DNA of 35,244 bases from Prochlorothrix sp. (GCA_049452395.1 JBMTWK010000001.1:1-35244), one strand, 5' to 3'; numbered from the stretch's first letter, positions 10,633-20,139 are shown. The notes: generated from the sequence alone by a model not told the origin. Numbers and translations are program-made.

Positions 10633-11521
10633 GGCAGCGTCTGAAGTCCCCAACCTTGACGCTAATCTCTACGATCGCATTCAAACCTTTTACGACACCT
10701 CCTCCGGCCTGTGGGAAGCCACCTGGGGCGAGCACATGCACCATGGTTTCTACGGCCCAGACGGTCGGGCCAAGGTCGATCGTCGCCAAGCCCAAATTGA
10801 CTTAATCGAGGAATTATTAACCTTTGCCCAGGTGTTTAGGGCTGGGGATCCCGCGCCGGAAACCGTGCTGGATCTCGGCTGTGGCATTGGGGGCAGCACC
10901 TGTTATTTGCTGGCCAAGGGTGCAGGTCGGGGGGTGGGGGTCACCTTAAGTCCGGTCCAGGCCGATCGTGCCCAGGTCCGGGCGCAGCAGTTGGGCTTTG
11001 GCGATCGGGCGCAGTTTCAGGTGGCCAATGCCCTGGACTTGCCCTTTGCCGATGGGAGTTTCGATCTAGTTTGGTCCCTGGAAAGCGGCGAACATTTGCC
11101 CGACAAAAGCCAGTTTCTTCGGGAAGCGTGTCGGGTGCTGAAACCGGGGGGCAAGCTAATCGTGGCGACCTGGTGCCACCGCCCAACCGAGATCCAACCC
11201 CTGCAACCCTGGGAAGAAGCCCTGCTTCAGGGCATTTATCAGCTTTATCATTTACCAGGGGTCTGTTCCCTGCCGGATTATCGAGCAATCGCCCGATCGC
11301 TACCCCTCATAGACCTCAGAAGTGCCGATTGGTCCACCGCTGTGGCCCCCTTTTGGGATCAAGTCATTGCCTCCGCCTTGGATCCGACGATCGCCCTCGG
11401 CATCCTCCAAGCAGGCTGGCCCACCCTCCAAGGAGCCTTTGCCCTTGGCTTAATGCAGCAGGGCTATGCCTGGGGACTCGTTCGCTATGGGGTGTTCACA
11501 GGCACCAAGGCCCCTGACTAA
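10622..11521 (+). CDS. vte4: Gamma-tocopherol methyltransferase (SAM-dependent)
   Basis: FYD.SSGLWE..WGEHMHHGFY, LDLGCGIGGS, WSLESGEH, VAPFW; overlaps the PP2C gene end by 11 bp. Confidence 0.85.
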   Translation: MKSKAASEVPNLDANLYDRIQTFYDTSSGLWEATWGEHMHHGFYGPDGRAKVDRRQAQIDLIEELLTFAQVFRAGDPAPETVLDLGCGIGGSTCYLLAKGAGRGVGVTLSPVQADRAQVRAQQLGFGDRAQFQVANALDLPFADGSFDLVWSLESGEHLPDKSQFLREACRVLKPGGKLIVATWCHRPTEIQPLQPWEEALLQGIYQLYHLPGVCSLPDYRAIARSLPLIDLRSADWSTAVAPFWDQVIASALDPTIALGILQAGWPTLQGAFALGLMQQGYAWGLVRYGVFTGTKAPD

Positions 11522-11630
11522 CCCATGCTGATCATGCATCATGGAGGCGGTTCTTTCGGAATCGGGTCTATATACTGGGGAGCGATTTCGTTACAGTTCA
11601 TGAAGTTGAATCCTTCCATCCCCCAAATCC

Positions 11631-14372
11631 ATGTCTTGGCCCCCGCCTGAGTGGCGACCTTCCCTTGCCCCCACCCTCTGGCTCCATAACCACCTGGAAA
11701 CCCTGCGCCAGTCCCTAGCATGGCAACTGCGCTCCTGGTTCCAAACCAAAGAAATGGCCGTGCTGGAGTCCTGTTTGATTGGGTTAGTCTCTGGACTAAC
11801 GGCGGTGCTGATTAAACAGGGGGCCAACGGCATTAGTACCTGGCGTGCCCACCAGGCAGAACAAAACTTACTCTGGCTGCCGATCATCGGCCTAGTCGGC
11901 GGCTGGTGTGCGGGCTGGCTTACCTCCCTCGCCCCAGAAACCAAGGGCAGCGGCATTCCCCAGGTCAAAGCAGCCCTAGCGCGAGTCCCTGTCGCCTTGA
12001 ACCTGCGGGTGGCGATCGTCAAGCTAGCCAGTACGATGCTGGTCCTGGGATCGGGGATTGTCCTCGGTCGCCAAGGGCCAACGGTCCAAGTCGGCGCAGC
12101 CCTCGCCGCCCAACTGAGCCAATGGGTGCCCACCTCCCCCGACTATCGCCGTCAGATGATCGCAGCGGGGGCGGCAGCAGGATTAGCGGCGGGGTTCAAT
12201 GCCCCCATTGCCGGGGTGCTGTTTGTGGTGGAAGAGTTACTGCAAGATGTGTCGGGATTGACCCTAGGAACGGCCATTTTGGCCTCCTTTATCGGCGCGG
12301 TGGTCTCCCGTCTCCTCGGCGGGCAGGGGCTGCAATTTTTCTCAACTTTACCCAGCGAAGTGGTCAATCTCACCATCCAAGAACTGCCGCTGCTGCTGGT
12401 CTTGGGGGTGTTGGCGGGGGTCTTGGGCGGACTGTTTAGCCGGGGGGTCTTGGCCAGCCGCCTTTTGTATCAGCGCTTTTTGCCCTGGAGTTTGCCGGGA
12501 CGAGTGGCGATCGCGGGGCTGCTCTCCGGCTGTGTGGCCTTACTGTTGCCGGAGGTGCTGCGGGACAACGTCGGGTTGCGGGATTGGCTAGTGGAAGGGG
12601 GCGCAACCTGGCAGATGACGGCCCTCGCCTTTGTGTCGCGCTTTGGCTTGGTGCTGATCGCCACGGGATCCGGCGCATCGGGGGGGCTGTTTGCTCCGGC
12701 TCTGGTCCTGGGCGCATCCCTCGGCTACTTTGTCGCCATCGAGGCCGATGTCCTCCTGGCCCTCTTACCAATGGGCTGGGGCGCTAGCGTCAGTTCCCCC
12801 GCAACCTATGTGTTAACGGGGATGGGGGCCTTTTTTAGTGCAGTGACCAAGGGGCCGATTACCGCGATCGTCATCGTCTTTGAAATGAGCAGTAACTTTA
12901 ACCTGGTGCTGCCCTTGATGATTGGCTCGGTTACCGCCTATGGCATTGCCGATTTGATTTCCCCCGGCTCCATCTACGATCGGCTGCTGGAGAGCAGTGG
13001 CCTCATGATTAAAAAAACAGGCGATCGATCGATCGCGCAACGGTCCGACTGGGACAGCCTCCAGGCCAGCGACGTGATGCAGCGCCAAGTCGAGACCCTG
13101 GACTATGGGGTCACCCTAGGAGCAGCCCAGCGCATTTTTGCCGCCTCCAACCACCGGGGCTTTCCCGTCTTAGCCGACAGCCAACTGGTGGGCATCCTGA
13201 CCCAATCCGATGTCGCCCACGCCAAACACTACGACAGCCTGACCCCGATCGGCACCTTGATGACCCCCCATCCCGTCACCGTTCAGCCCAACGACACCCT
13301 CGCCCACGTCCTCTATCTCCTCAACCAGCACCAAATCAGCCGCCTACCCGTCACCGATGGCCGCAAGCTAGTCGGCATCATCACCCGCGCCGACATTATC
13401 CGCGCTGAGGTTAAGCAACTCACGGGCAACCACTGCACCCTGGCCGCCCAAACACAACCCTCCTATGTGGTCTACCAAACCCGTGCGCCCGCTGTGGGAC
13501 GGGGCCGTCTCCTGGTCCCCTTAGCCAATCCCGCCACCGCTCCCACCTTGCTGAAACTGGCCGCTAGCTTGGCCCGCGATCGCCACTACGAACTGGAATG
13601 CCTCAGTATCATCACCGTCCCCCCCGGTCGGCCCCCGGCTGAAACCCCTGTGGAAGTCGGCCCCAGTCAAGCGCTGCTGCACCAAGCGATCGAACTGGGC
13701 AAAACCTGGAACTTACCGGTCCATACCCAGGCACGGGTGACCCATGATGTGGCCCAAGCCATTTTGGATACGGTGCGGGAGCGCAATATTGACCTCACCT
13801 TAATGGGCTGGAAAGGCCGCAGTCGCAGCAGCGATCGCGTTTTTGGCAACGCCATGGATACCCTGATTCGCCATGCTCCCTGTGAGCTGGTTTTGGTCAA
13901 GCTGGGGCAACGGACCACCCCGGCCTCCGGCCATGGTTCCACCTTTGTCGCCCCTGCCCTTTCCCAGGTCCCCTTCGATCGTTGGCTCATTCCCCTCGGC
14001 GGCGGCCCCAACGCCCAACAAGCCCTGGCCATGCTCTCCTCCCTCATTTCCCTCAGCCCAGACCCCGAAATCGTTCTCTGCCAAGTCCACAAGCCCCACC
14101 AGCCCTTCGATCGCGGCATCTTAATCCAAGGACAACAGCTTTTGAAGCGCCACGGAGTCACCTGTCCCGTCGCCACAGTGGCGGCAGAAGATCCAGTCGT
14201 CAGCGAGGCCATTCTCAAAGTGGCTCAAACCGATCGCTGCGATGTCATTGTCCTAGGGGCAACCCGTGAGGGACTGTTGCAACAAACCCTGGGAGACAAT
14301 ATCCCGGAGGAAATCGCCCGCCAAAGCCCCCACACCGTCCTCGTCGTCCGCACCCGCCCCGCCCCTGACTAG
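11631..14372 (+). CDS. CLC chloride channel/transporter with two CBS domains and C-terminal universal-stress-protein domains
   Basis: GSGIP, GRQGP, FNAPIAG..F..EE, GLFAP, SIY; CBS pair (HRGFPV..LVGILT; SRLPV..LVGIIT); USP-like tails (LLVPLAN, LMGW..VFGN, VLGA..EEIA). Confidence 0.92.
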   Translation: MSWPPPEWRPSLAPTLWLHNHLETLRQSLAWQLRSWFQTKEMAVLESCLIGLVSGLTAVLIKQGANGISTWRAHQAEQNLLWLPIIGLVGGWCAGWLTSLAPETKGSGIPQVKAALARVPVALNLRVAIVKLASTMLVLGSGIVLGRQGPTVQVGAALAAQLSQWVPTSPDYRRQMIAAGAAAGLAAGFNAPIAGVLFVVEELLQDVSGLTLGTAILASFIGAVVSRLLGGQGLQFFSTLPSEVVNLTIQELPLLLVLGVLAGVLGGLFSRGVLASRLLYQRFLPWSLPGRVAIAGLLSGCVALLLPEVLRDNVGLRDWLVEGGATWQMTALAFVSRFGLVLIATGSGASGGLFAPALVLGASLGYFVAIEADVLLALLPMGWGASVSSPATYVLTGMGAFFSAVTKGPITAIVIVFEMSSNFNLVLPLMIGSVTAYGIADLISPGSIYDRLLESSGLMIKKTGDRSIAQRSDWDSLQASDVMQRQVETLDYGVTLGAAQRIFAASNHRGFPVLADSQLVGILTQSDVAHAKHYDSLTPIGTLMTPHPVTVQPNDTLAHVLYLLNQHQISRLPVTDGRKLVGIITRADIIRAEVKQLTGNHCTLAAQTQPSYVVYQTRAPAVGRGRLLVPLANPATAPTLLKLAASLARDRHYELECLSIITVPPGRPPAETPVEVGPSQALLHQAIELGKTWNLPVHTQARVTHDVAQAILDTVRERNIDLTLMGWKGRSRSSDRVFGNAMDTLIRHAPCELVLVKLGQRTTPASGHGSTFVAPALSQVPFDRWLIPLGGGPNAQQALAMLSSLISLSPDPEIVLCQVHKPHQPFDRGILIQGQQLLKRHGVTCPVATVAAEDPVVSEAILKVAQTDRCDVIVLGATREGLLQQTLGDNIPEEIARQSPHTVLVVRTRPAPD

Positions 14373-14379
14373 GGAGACT

Positions 14380-16374
14380 TCATGAGGGGTGCAAAAGGTG
14401 CTGAAGACGTTGGAAAAAGCCCTGAACATCGGTATGAATTTCGTCAGGCTGCATGTGTACAGCAATGGTTTCCCGTGTGAGGATCAGCAGCGGCGAGGTA
14501 ACTCCAGCAGCGTTCTGGGAATCGGGGTTCCGAGAATCGGGGTTCTGAGAATTGACATTTTGGGAATCGGCGTTCTGGGCCTTCGTAACCTGTGGCTCAG
14601 CGTGGGAGTCAAGAGCGTCTAAATTGCTCGGTTGGATGGCATGATACTGGGCTTTGAGGCGCTGAAATAAGGAGTCTGGCTGCTCAAATAAAAGGCGTTT
14701 GCCATTGACAACCTGGAAAATATTGGCCTTGACGGTCTGCCAAGACTGACCCGGAGGCAGGGTGAGATTCTCCCCTTGGAAAAAGTCATCAATGACCTGA
14801 AGCAGCAGGGCTGTTGTGTCTGCTGGGGCCGCGAGTCTGGGTTCTTGGGCTACAATAGCCCGCTTCCAGGCAGCGGGTACCAACAGGTAGTTTTCAATAT
14901 TTTTACGTCGCCATTCATAGAGAACGGGGTTATCGGCTCTAGGATTCAGTGCAACTTCATCCTCGTCATAATCCACCAGCATTAAACGCTTAGCGGTGGG
15001 AATCACTTGACGAATGCCTTTGAAGTGCCGATCGCTCTCTTCTAACATCTTCTTTTTAGAGCCACCCTGCATTACCCGAAAACAGACCCGATCGCAAATC
15101 CCGGCTTGACCGAGCGCGATCGACCAAGCCCGCAAGAGCCGCTCATCGGTTTCCCCTTCCACATACACCAAAAGCGGAGTCGATAACGCCTCTAACTTGG
15201 TGACCTCTAAGTTAGAAATCTCAGTCATCGCTGTTAGAATTTCCGGAGTCGATCGAACTCGTTTGGGCGCTTGGTCAAGAAGGGAAATAATCTGACTCAC
15301 GTCCACGCCTAGGATTAATTCCTCTGCATGGGTTGCAATGATGAATTGTGTGGATTGCGCAGATTGTGTGGATGATTTGGATTGTGCAGATTCTAGGGAT
15401 CCTGTCGATTGGGCAGGGTCCGGAGGTTGTTGAGGGTGTATTGGCTGCGGTTGGAGGGGTGAAGGGGTCAGGGTTTGAGTCCGAAAATAGTCCAGGATCG
15501 ATCGCTGGAGGTTGCCGTGGAGATGGGCATCGGGTTCATCCAGAAGAATGGTGGTGGGTTGGTAACCATAATAAAAAGCTAAGAGCGTCAGTGCCTGGTG
15601 AAAACCGCTACCGCCAGCAATAATGTCGTAGGCTTTGCCATCCTGTTGATATTCACAGGTAATTTGGGTATCTACTCCAACTTCATACTGGGGCGGTTGG
15701 AGCGCAACCCCAAACCATTCTTGGATTTTTTGGTGGATTTCGGCCCAGTGATCCGGGTTCTGTTGCCAAACACGCCACAGAAGATTCCGTAGCACACTCC
15801 CAGGCTGTGCCTTGCCCACTTGCTTACGCAGGGGTCCCTCATCGCGCCACTCCTCTAGGGGTTCTAGGCCAGAAAAAGGAGGCACATAGACTAATTGGGG
15901 AAAACATGGGGAAAAATCTGGTAATTGCCCCTCTAAGGCTCTAAAAGCTTCCCAACCCTCCGCTGGAATTGCATAAAGCGTTTGGGGTGAATTGTAGCGC
16001 AGCCGGACTCCAAAGGTTTGCGGTTGGGATTGGGGCGGTGGGGTCAGCCACGTCACTTCGATTTCAATCAGAATAAATTCCTGCTTTTTAGCGCCATTCA
16101 CTTTGGGATAGCGGCGATCGGTTCTTTCCCGCCACAGCAGGTTAAATTCAGGCACGGGAAGAGCTGTAAAATTGGGCAGAACAATCTGTTTTCCGGACTT
16201 GCTACGTCGTTTAACACGCCGAAATTCATCCAAACAAAACTGCCAAATTGCCAGCGCTTGTAAAACGGTGCTTTTACCATTATTGTTGCGCCCTACCAGC
16301 AGATCAAAAGGGGTGAAGTGATAGGTTTGTTCACGGATACTCTTGAAGTTTCTGAGGGTAAGGCTAGTAATCAT
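14380..16374 (-). CDS. ABC/AAA-type ATPase fused to a TOPRIM-like domain (OLD-family / AriAB-like ATP-dependent nuclease)
   Basis: MITSLTLRNFKS start, Walker A GRNNNGKS, signature-like GSGFHQ, Walker B LLDEPDAHLH, H-loop IATH, then YVEGETDE, GG, LVDYD, RKNIENYLL; start at ATG 16374, 664 aa. Confidence 0.8.
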   Translation of the reverse strand: MITSLTLRNFKSIREQTYHFTPFDLLVGRNNNGKSTVLQALAIWQFCLDEFRRVKRRSKSGKQIVLPNFTALPVPEFNLLWRERTDRRYPKVNGAKKQEFILIEIEVTWLTPPPQSQPQTFGVRLRYNSPQTLYAIPAEGWEAFRALEGQLPDFSPCFPQLVYVPPFSGLEPLEEWRDEGPLRKQVGKAQPGSVLRNLLWRVWQQNPDHWAEIHQKIQEWFGVALQPPQYEVGVDTQITCEYQQDGKAYDIIAGGSGFHQALTLLAFYYGYQPTTILLDEPDAHLHGNLQRSILDYFRTQTLTPSPLQPQPIHPQQPPDPAQSTGSLESAQSKSSTQSAQSTQFIIATHAEELILGVDVSQIISLLDQAPKRVRSTPEILTAMTEISNLEVTKLEALSTPLLVYVEGETDERLLRAWSIALGQAGICDRVCFRVMQGGSKKKMLEESDRHFKGIRQVIPTAKRLMLVDYDEDEVALNPRADNPVLYEWRRKNIENYLLVPAAWKRAIVAQEPRLAAPADTTALLLQVIDDFFQGENLTLPPGQSWQTVKANIFQVVNGKRLLFEQPDSLFQRLKAQYHAIQPSNLDALDSHAEPQVTKAQNADSQNVNSQNPDSRNPDSQNAAGVTSPLLILTRETIAVHMQPDEIHTDVQGFFQRLQHLLHPS

Positions 16375-16384
16375 AGGATGGACC

Positions 16385-17254
16385 CTAGAGAGGAGCAGGA
16401 GGGTGGTGGAGCGGCTCGATCGCGGCCTCAATTTGGGCGAGGGCGACGAGGGGGGCGGTGACGGCGCGGAGGATGCGGGGGCCAAGGGAAACGGGGGTGA
16501 AACCGATGGCGATCGCCGCTTTAATTTCAGCCACAGTCCAACCGCCTTCCGGGCCGATCGCGAGGGTCACCAGGGGCCGATCGTGGCGATCGATCCCAGG
16601 GGCTAAATCCTGCTGGCGCGAGAAATCTTGTTGGAGACAGGAGAAAAGGGAGGGCGTGGGGGGCCGATCGGCCCAGTGCGGCGAGAGATCAGCCAAGCTG
16701 CGGGCAACGCAGAGGTAGCGATAGGGGGAGGGGGGCAAAGTGGTGAGGGCTGTGGCCCAGGCTTGGGGAGCCGCAATTTGGGGGATTTCGCGCCGTTCGC
16801 ACTGTTCGGCGGCCTCCTGGGCGATGCGCTGCCAGCGATCGTGTTTCGTCTCCGGTTTAGCCTTGCCGCTTTTCTCCTTCAGTTTAGGCACGGTGCGATC
16901 GCTAAACACGGGCACAATATAGCTCACCCCCAGTTCCGTCGCCTGCCGGATCACCTCATCAAACCCCGTTTTGGGCAAAGCCGCGATTAAGGTAATCTCA
17001 ACTGGCTCCGGCGGCAGTTCGGGTAAAAGCTGGTTCAAACTGAGGCGATCGCCGTCGGGCAACACCTGCGCCAACCAACGCTCTCCGGTGGCAAGCTGCA
17101 CGACGATTTCCGAACCGGGCCTCAGACGCAGAACTTTGGTGAGGTAGTGGTGTTGGTCCCGATCGAGGGCTGCGACAAAAAGCGCCGAGGTGCCAGAGGG
17201 GGGCAGGCCAGCGGGAAGGCTGAGTTGGCTGCGATCGAGAAAAATACGGTTCAT
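16385..17254 (-). CDS. rsmE: 16S rRNA m3U1498 methyltransferase
   Basis: HYLTKVLRL, QATELGV, EAAEQCER, IGPEGGW, SLGPRILRAVTA. Confidence 0.95.
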   Translation of the reverse strand: MNRIFLDRSQLSLPAGLPPSGTSALFVAALDRDQHHYLTKVLRLRPGSEIVVQLATGERWLAQVLPDGDRLSLNQLLPELPPEPVEITLIAALPKTGFDEVIRQATELGVSYIVPVFSDRTVPKLKEKSGKAKPETKHDRWQRIAQEAAEQCERREIPQIAAPQAWATALTTLPPSPYRYLCVARSLADLSPHWADRPPTPSLFSCLQQDFSRQQDLAPGIDRHDRPLVTLAIGPEGGWTVAEIKAAIAIGFTPVSLGPRILRAVTAPLVALAQIEAAIEPLHHPPAPL

Positions 17255-17427
17255 CGGTCAGGCAGGGGCAGGTGAGGATCGGGCGCATTCAGGGGCAAAT
17301 TCATTAAATCAGGGTTGGGGGTAAACGGATTCGATCGGGGCCAACCCCTAGCCCCATGGCATCCGCTACCGATGGCATCCCCGGATTAACATCCTCTCAT
17401 TCAGCAAGACCCCGTTTTCACACGCCC

Positions 17428-17850
17428 ATGACTGCCACCGACGAAACTTCTACCGCCGAGACCCCCATCGACGAGACCCCCATCGACAAGGCTCCCAGCG
17501 ATGAGGCTCCCAGCGACGAAACTTCCACCTACGATCGGATCTACGCCATCGTTCGCCAAATTCCCCCCGGTCAAGTCGCCAGCTACGGTCAGGTCGCCAC
17601 CTTAGCGGGTTTACCGGGACGGGCGCGGCTGGTGGGCTACGCTCTCTTTCGGGTGACCCTGCCCAGTGCTGATATTCCCTGGCATCGGGTCATTAACGCC
17701 AAAGGAGAAGTCTCCCACTCCCCCCAGCGGCAGGGCACCGACTATATTCAAGCCCAGATGTTAGCCGACGAGGGCATTGAGTTTAACCCCAAGGGACGAA
17801 TTAGTTGGCAGCGCTACGGCTGGAAACCGGAGCAAAGGCTGGGCGAGTGA
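17428..17850 (+). CDS. Alkyltransferase-like (ATL, MGMT-family DNA-binding) protein
   Basis: IPPGQVASYGQVA, ARLVGYAL, PWHRV (Trp in place of the catalytic Cys); start at 17428 or 17356 uncertain. Confidence 0.88.
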   Translation: MTATDETSTAETPIDETPIDKAPSDEAPSDETSTYDRIYAIVRQIPPGQVASYGQVATLAGLPGRARLVGYALFRVTLPSADIPWHRVINAKGEVSHSPQRQGTDYIQAQMLADEGIEFNPKGRISWQRYGWKPEQRLGE

Positions 17851-17934
17851 GCATTCCGGTCAGCATTCAGTTGCCCCTTGACGATCGACCCTGGACGATC
17901 GGCTATAGTGGGGAGCTAGTTTTACCCCAAGCTT

Positions 17935-19167
17935 ATGGCCTTCTCGATCGCGCCCCACCCCGACGATAGCCGCCTTAGCGCCTACGACTACACCCTGCCC
18001 CCCGATCGCATTGCCCAAAACCCCGTTGTCCCCCGCGATCACTCCCGCCTCCTGGTCCTCACCTCCCCCCAAGACCACAGCGACAGCCACTTTTATAATC
18101 TTCCCCAGTGGCTCCAACCCGGTGACCTGCTGGTGCTCAACAACACCCGTGTCCTGCCCGCCCGTCTTCTAGGCCACAAAGTAACGCCGCCCGCCGGTAC
18201 CGAGTCCCTGACCCTAGAAGCAGCCTGTCAACTACCCCCCGGAGCCGCGATCGAGGTCTTCCTATTAGAAGAAGTCGAAAACCAGCGTTGGCTGACCCTG
18301 GTCAAACCCGGTCGCCGGATCCCCCCCGGCAGTTTTATCCTGTTTCGTAGCGGAGCCAAGGGGGGAACCCTCAAGGCAGACCCAGACCTTACCGAAGACC
18401 CAAACCCGACTGAAACCCCAGATCCTGCCGAAATCCTTCTGCTCGCCCAAGTCCTGTCAACGGATGCCGCCACCGGGGGCCGCATTGTGCAATTTTTCCC
18501 TCCCGCCGATCGCAGCCTCTGGGACTGCTTCCATACCCTCGGCCAAGTGCCCTTACCGCCCTATATCACCGACAGCAGCGCCGATCCCGAACAGTACCAA
18601 ACCGTCTACAGCAGCCAGCCCGGAGCCGTTGCCGCCCCCACCGCCGGTCTGCACTTTACGCCGGAACTTCTCGCCCGACTCCAAGCCCAGGGCATTGAGC
18701 AAACCACCATCACCCTCCATGTCGGCGTAGGTACCTTTCGGCCCGTAGAAGTCGAGGAAATCACCCGCCATGAAATGCATGGGGAATGGGTCGAAGTCTC
18801 GGCGGAAACCGTCGCCAAAATTGAAGCAACCCAACAGCGGGGAGGGCGAATCATCGCCGTAGGCACCACCGTAACCCGTGCCCTCGAAGGGGCCGCCCAG
18901 GCCACCATTCCCCAGTTCGGCAAACTTCAGCCCTACCAAGGCAAGGTGCATTTATTCATTTATCCCGGTTATTCCTGGCAGGTCATTGCAGGATTGATTA
19001 CCAATTTCCACTTGCCCCGATCGAGCCTGATGATGCTCGTCAGCGCCCTCATTGGTCGGCCTCGCCTCTTGGCCCTCTATGAGCACGCCATTGCCGAGTC
19101 CTACCGCTTTTATTCCTTCGGGGATGCCATGCTAATTCTGCCGGAAGCCCGTCCCAACTCCCCCTAG
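17935..19167 (+). CDS. queA: S-adenosylmethionine:tRNA ribosyltransferase-isomerase
   Basis: YDYTLP..IAQ.P, NNTRVLPARL, PLPPYI, YQTVY, AAPTAGLHFT, LHVGVGTF, TNFHLP, YRFYSFGDAM. Confidence 0.97.
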   Translation: MAFSIAPHPDDSRLSAYDYTLPPDRIAQNPVVPRDHSRLLVLTSPQDHSDSHFYNLPQWLQPGDLLVLNNTRVLPARLLGHKVTPPAGTESLTLEAACQLPPGAAIEVFLLEEVENQRWLTLVKPGRRIPPGSFILFRSGAKGGTLKADPDLTEDPNPTETPDPAEILLLAQVLSTDAATGGRIVQFFPPADRSLWDCFHTLGQVPLPPYITDSSADPEQYQTVYSSQPGAVAAPTAGLHFTPELLARLQAQGIEQTTITLHVGVGTFRPVEVEEITRHEMHGEWVEVSAETVAKIEATQQRGGRIIAVGTTVTRALEGAAQATIPQFGKLQPYQGKVHLFIYPGYSWQVIAGLITNFHLPRSSLMMLVSALIGRPRLLALYEHAIAESYRFYSFGDAMLILPEARPNSP

Positions 19168-19198
19168 CGTTTTTGGTGTCCATTTCTGGTGTCCAGCC

Positions 19199-19936
19199 AT
19201 GCACGTTGCCCAACCCACGGCCCAGGGCTTGATCGTCCGCTTCTATCCCCTCAAAATCTGGTTCCTTTGTCTATTCTTAGCGGCCCTGGGCCTGGGCACC
19301 ATGGTGGGACTGGGGCGGGTGACCACCCTCTCCTGCGATCGGATTACACCCTGGGTGGGCACCTGTATGGTGGAGTCCTTGGGGCTGGAAGGCGATCGTA
19401 GCCAAATTTTGCCCCTCATCGATGTCCAAGGGGCACGGCTCAATGCCACCGCCTCGATCGTCCTTGACACCACCAAAGGCACCATTCCCCTCACCGCCCC
19501 CCTCGGCAGCAACCCCAACCTCAGCCGCGCCCTCGTGGTGACGCAAATCAACCAATTTCTCGCCAATCCCGTCGCCATTCGCCTCACCTTCCAAGACGAT
19601 GGACGACCCTTCGCCTACCCCTGCGGCCTTATCTTTTTGCTGGGCAGTGGGATTATGTTGGTCATGTTTGGCCCGATCGTCTCCTACGAAGTCGATCGCA
19701 GCCGCGATCGCTTCACCCTCACCCGCCAATCCCTGCTCAGTACCCACATCCAACGCTACCCCCTCCAGGGCATCTACCAACTCCAACTAGAGTCAGACTT
19801 CACCCAGCCCAGCGGCCCCAGTTGCCGCCTCTACCTCATCCTCCACTCCGGCCAGCGCATTTCCCTCACCCACCCCTCCTTTCTCAGCTACCAGGATGCC
19901 ACCTGGGCCATTCAGCAACTCACCCCCCAGTTTTAG
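19199..19936 (+). CDS. Hypothetical membrane protein (two hydrophobic segments)
   Basis: 245-aa ORF filling the gap after queA; TM segments near the N-terminus and around residues 140-160. Confidence 0.7.
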   Translation: MHVAQPTAQGLIVRFYPLKIWFLCLFLAALGLGTMVGLGRVTTLSCDRITPWVGTCMVESLGLEGDRSQILPLIDVQGARLNATASIVLDTTKGTIPLTAPLGSNPNLSRALVVTQINQFLANPVAIRLTFQDDGRPFAYPCGLIFLLGSGIMLVMFGPIVSYEVDRSRDRFTLTRQSLLSTHIQRYPLQGIYQLQLESDFTQPSGPSCRLYLILHSGQRISLTHPSFLSYQDATWAIQQLTPQF

Positions 19937-20139
19937 CCCCAACTCTTTATTAACCCCAACCCTTTTTAGCCCCAACCCCTTGGGCACCCCACCTTCTGGC
20001 TGTGGCAGCTATGGCCAACCCAACCCACAACCCGATTTTTACGGCTCTTGCCCACGAATTGGGAGAGCTAGCACTGTACCAAGCGCTGTACCATATGATC
20101 AGCGATCGGGAGTTAACTTTAAGTATTGTTACCTCTGCG

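Noticed and set aside
11522-11630. Fluoride riboswitch upstream of the CLC gene
   Set aside because: No GGCGATGG..TTCGCC / GCTRATGAC-type consensus, and the protein has GSGIP rather than CLC-F signatures
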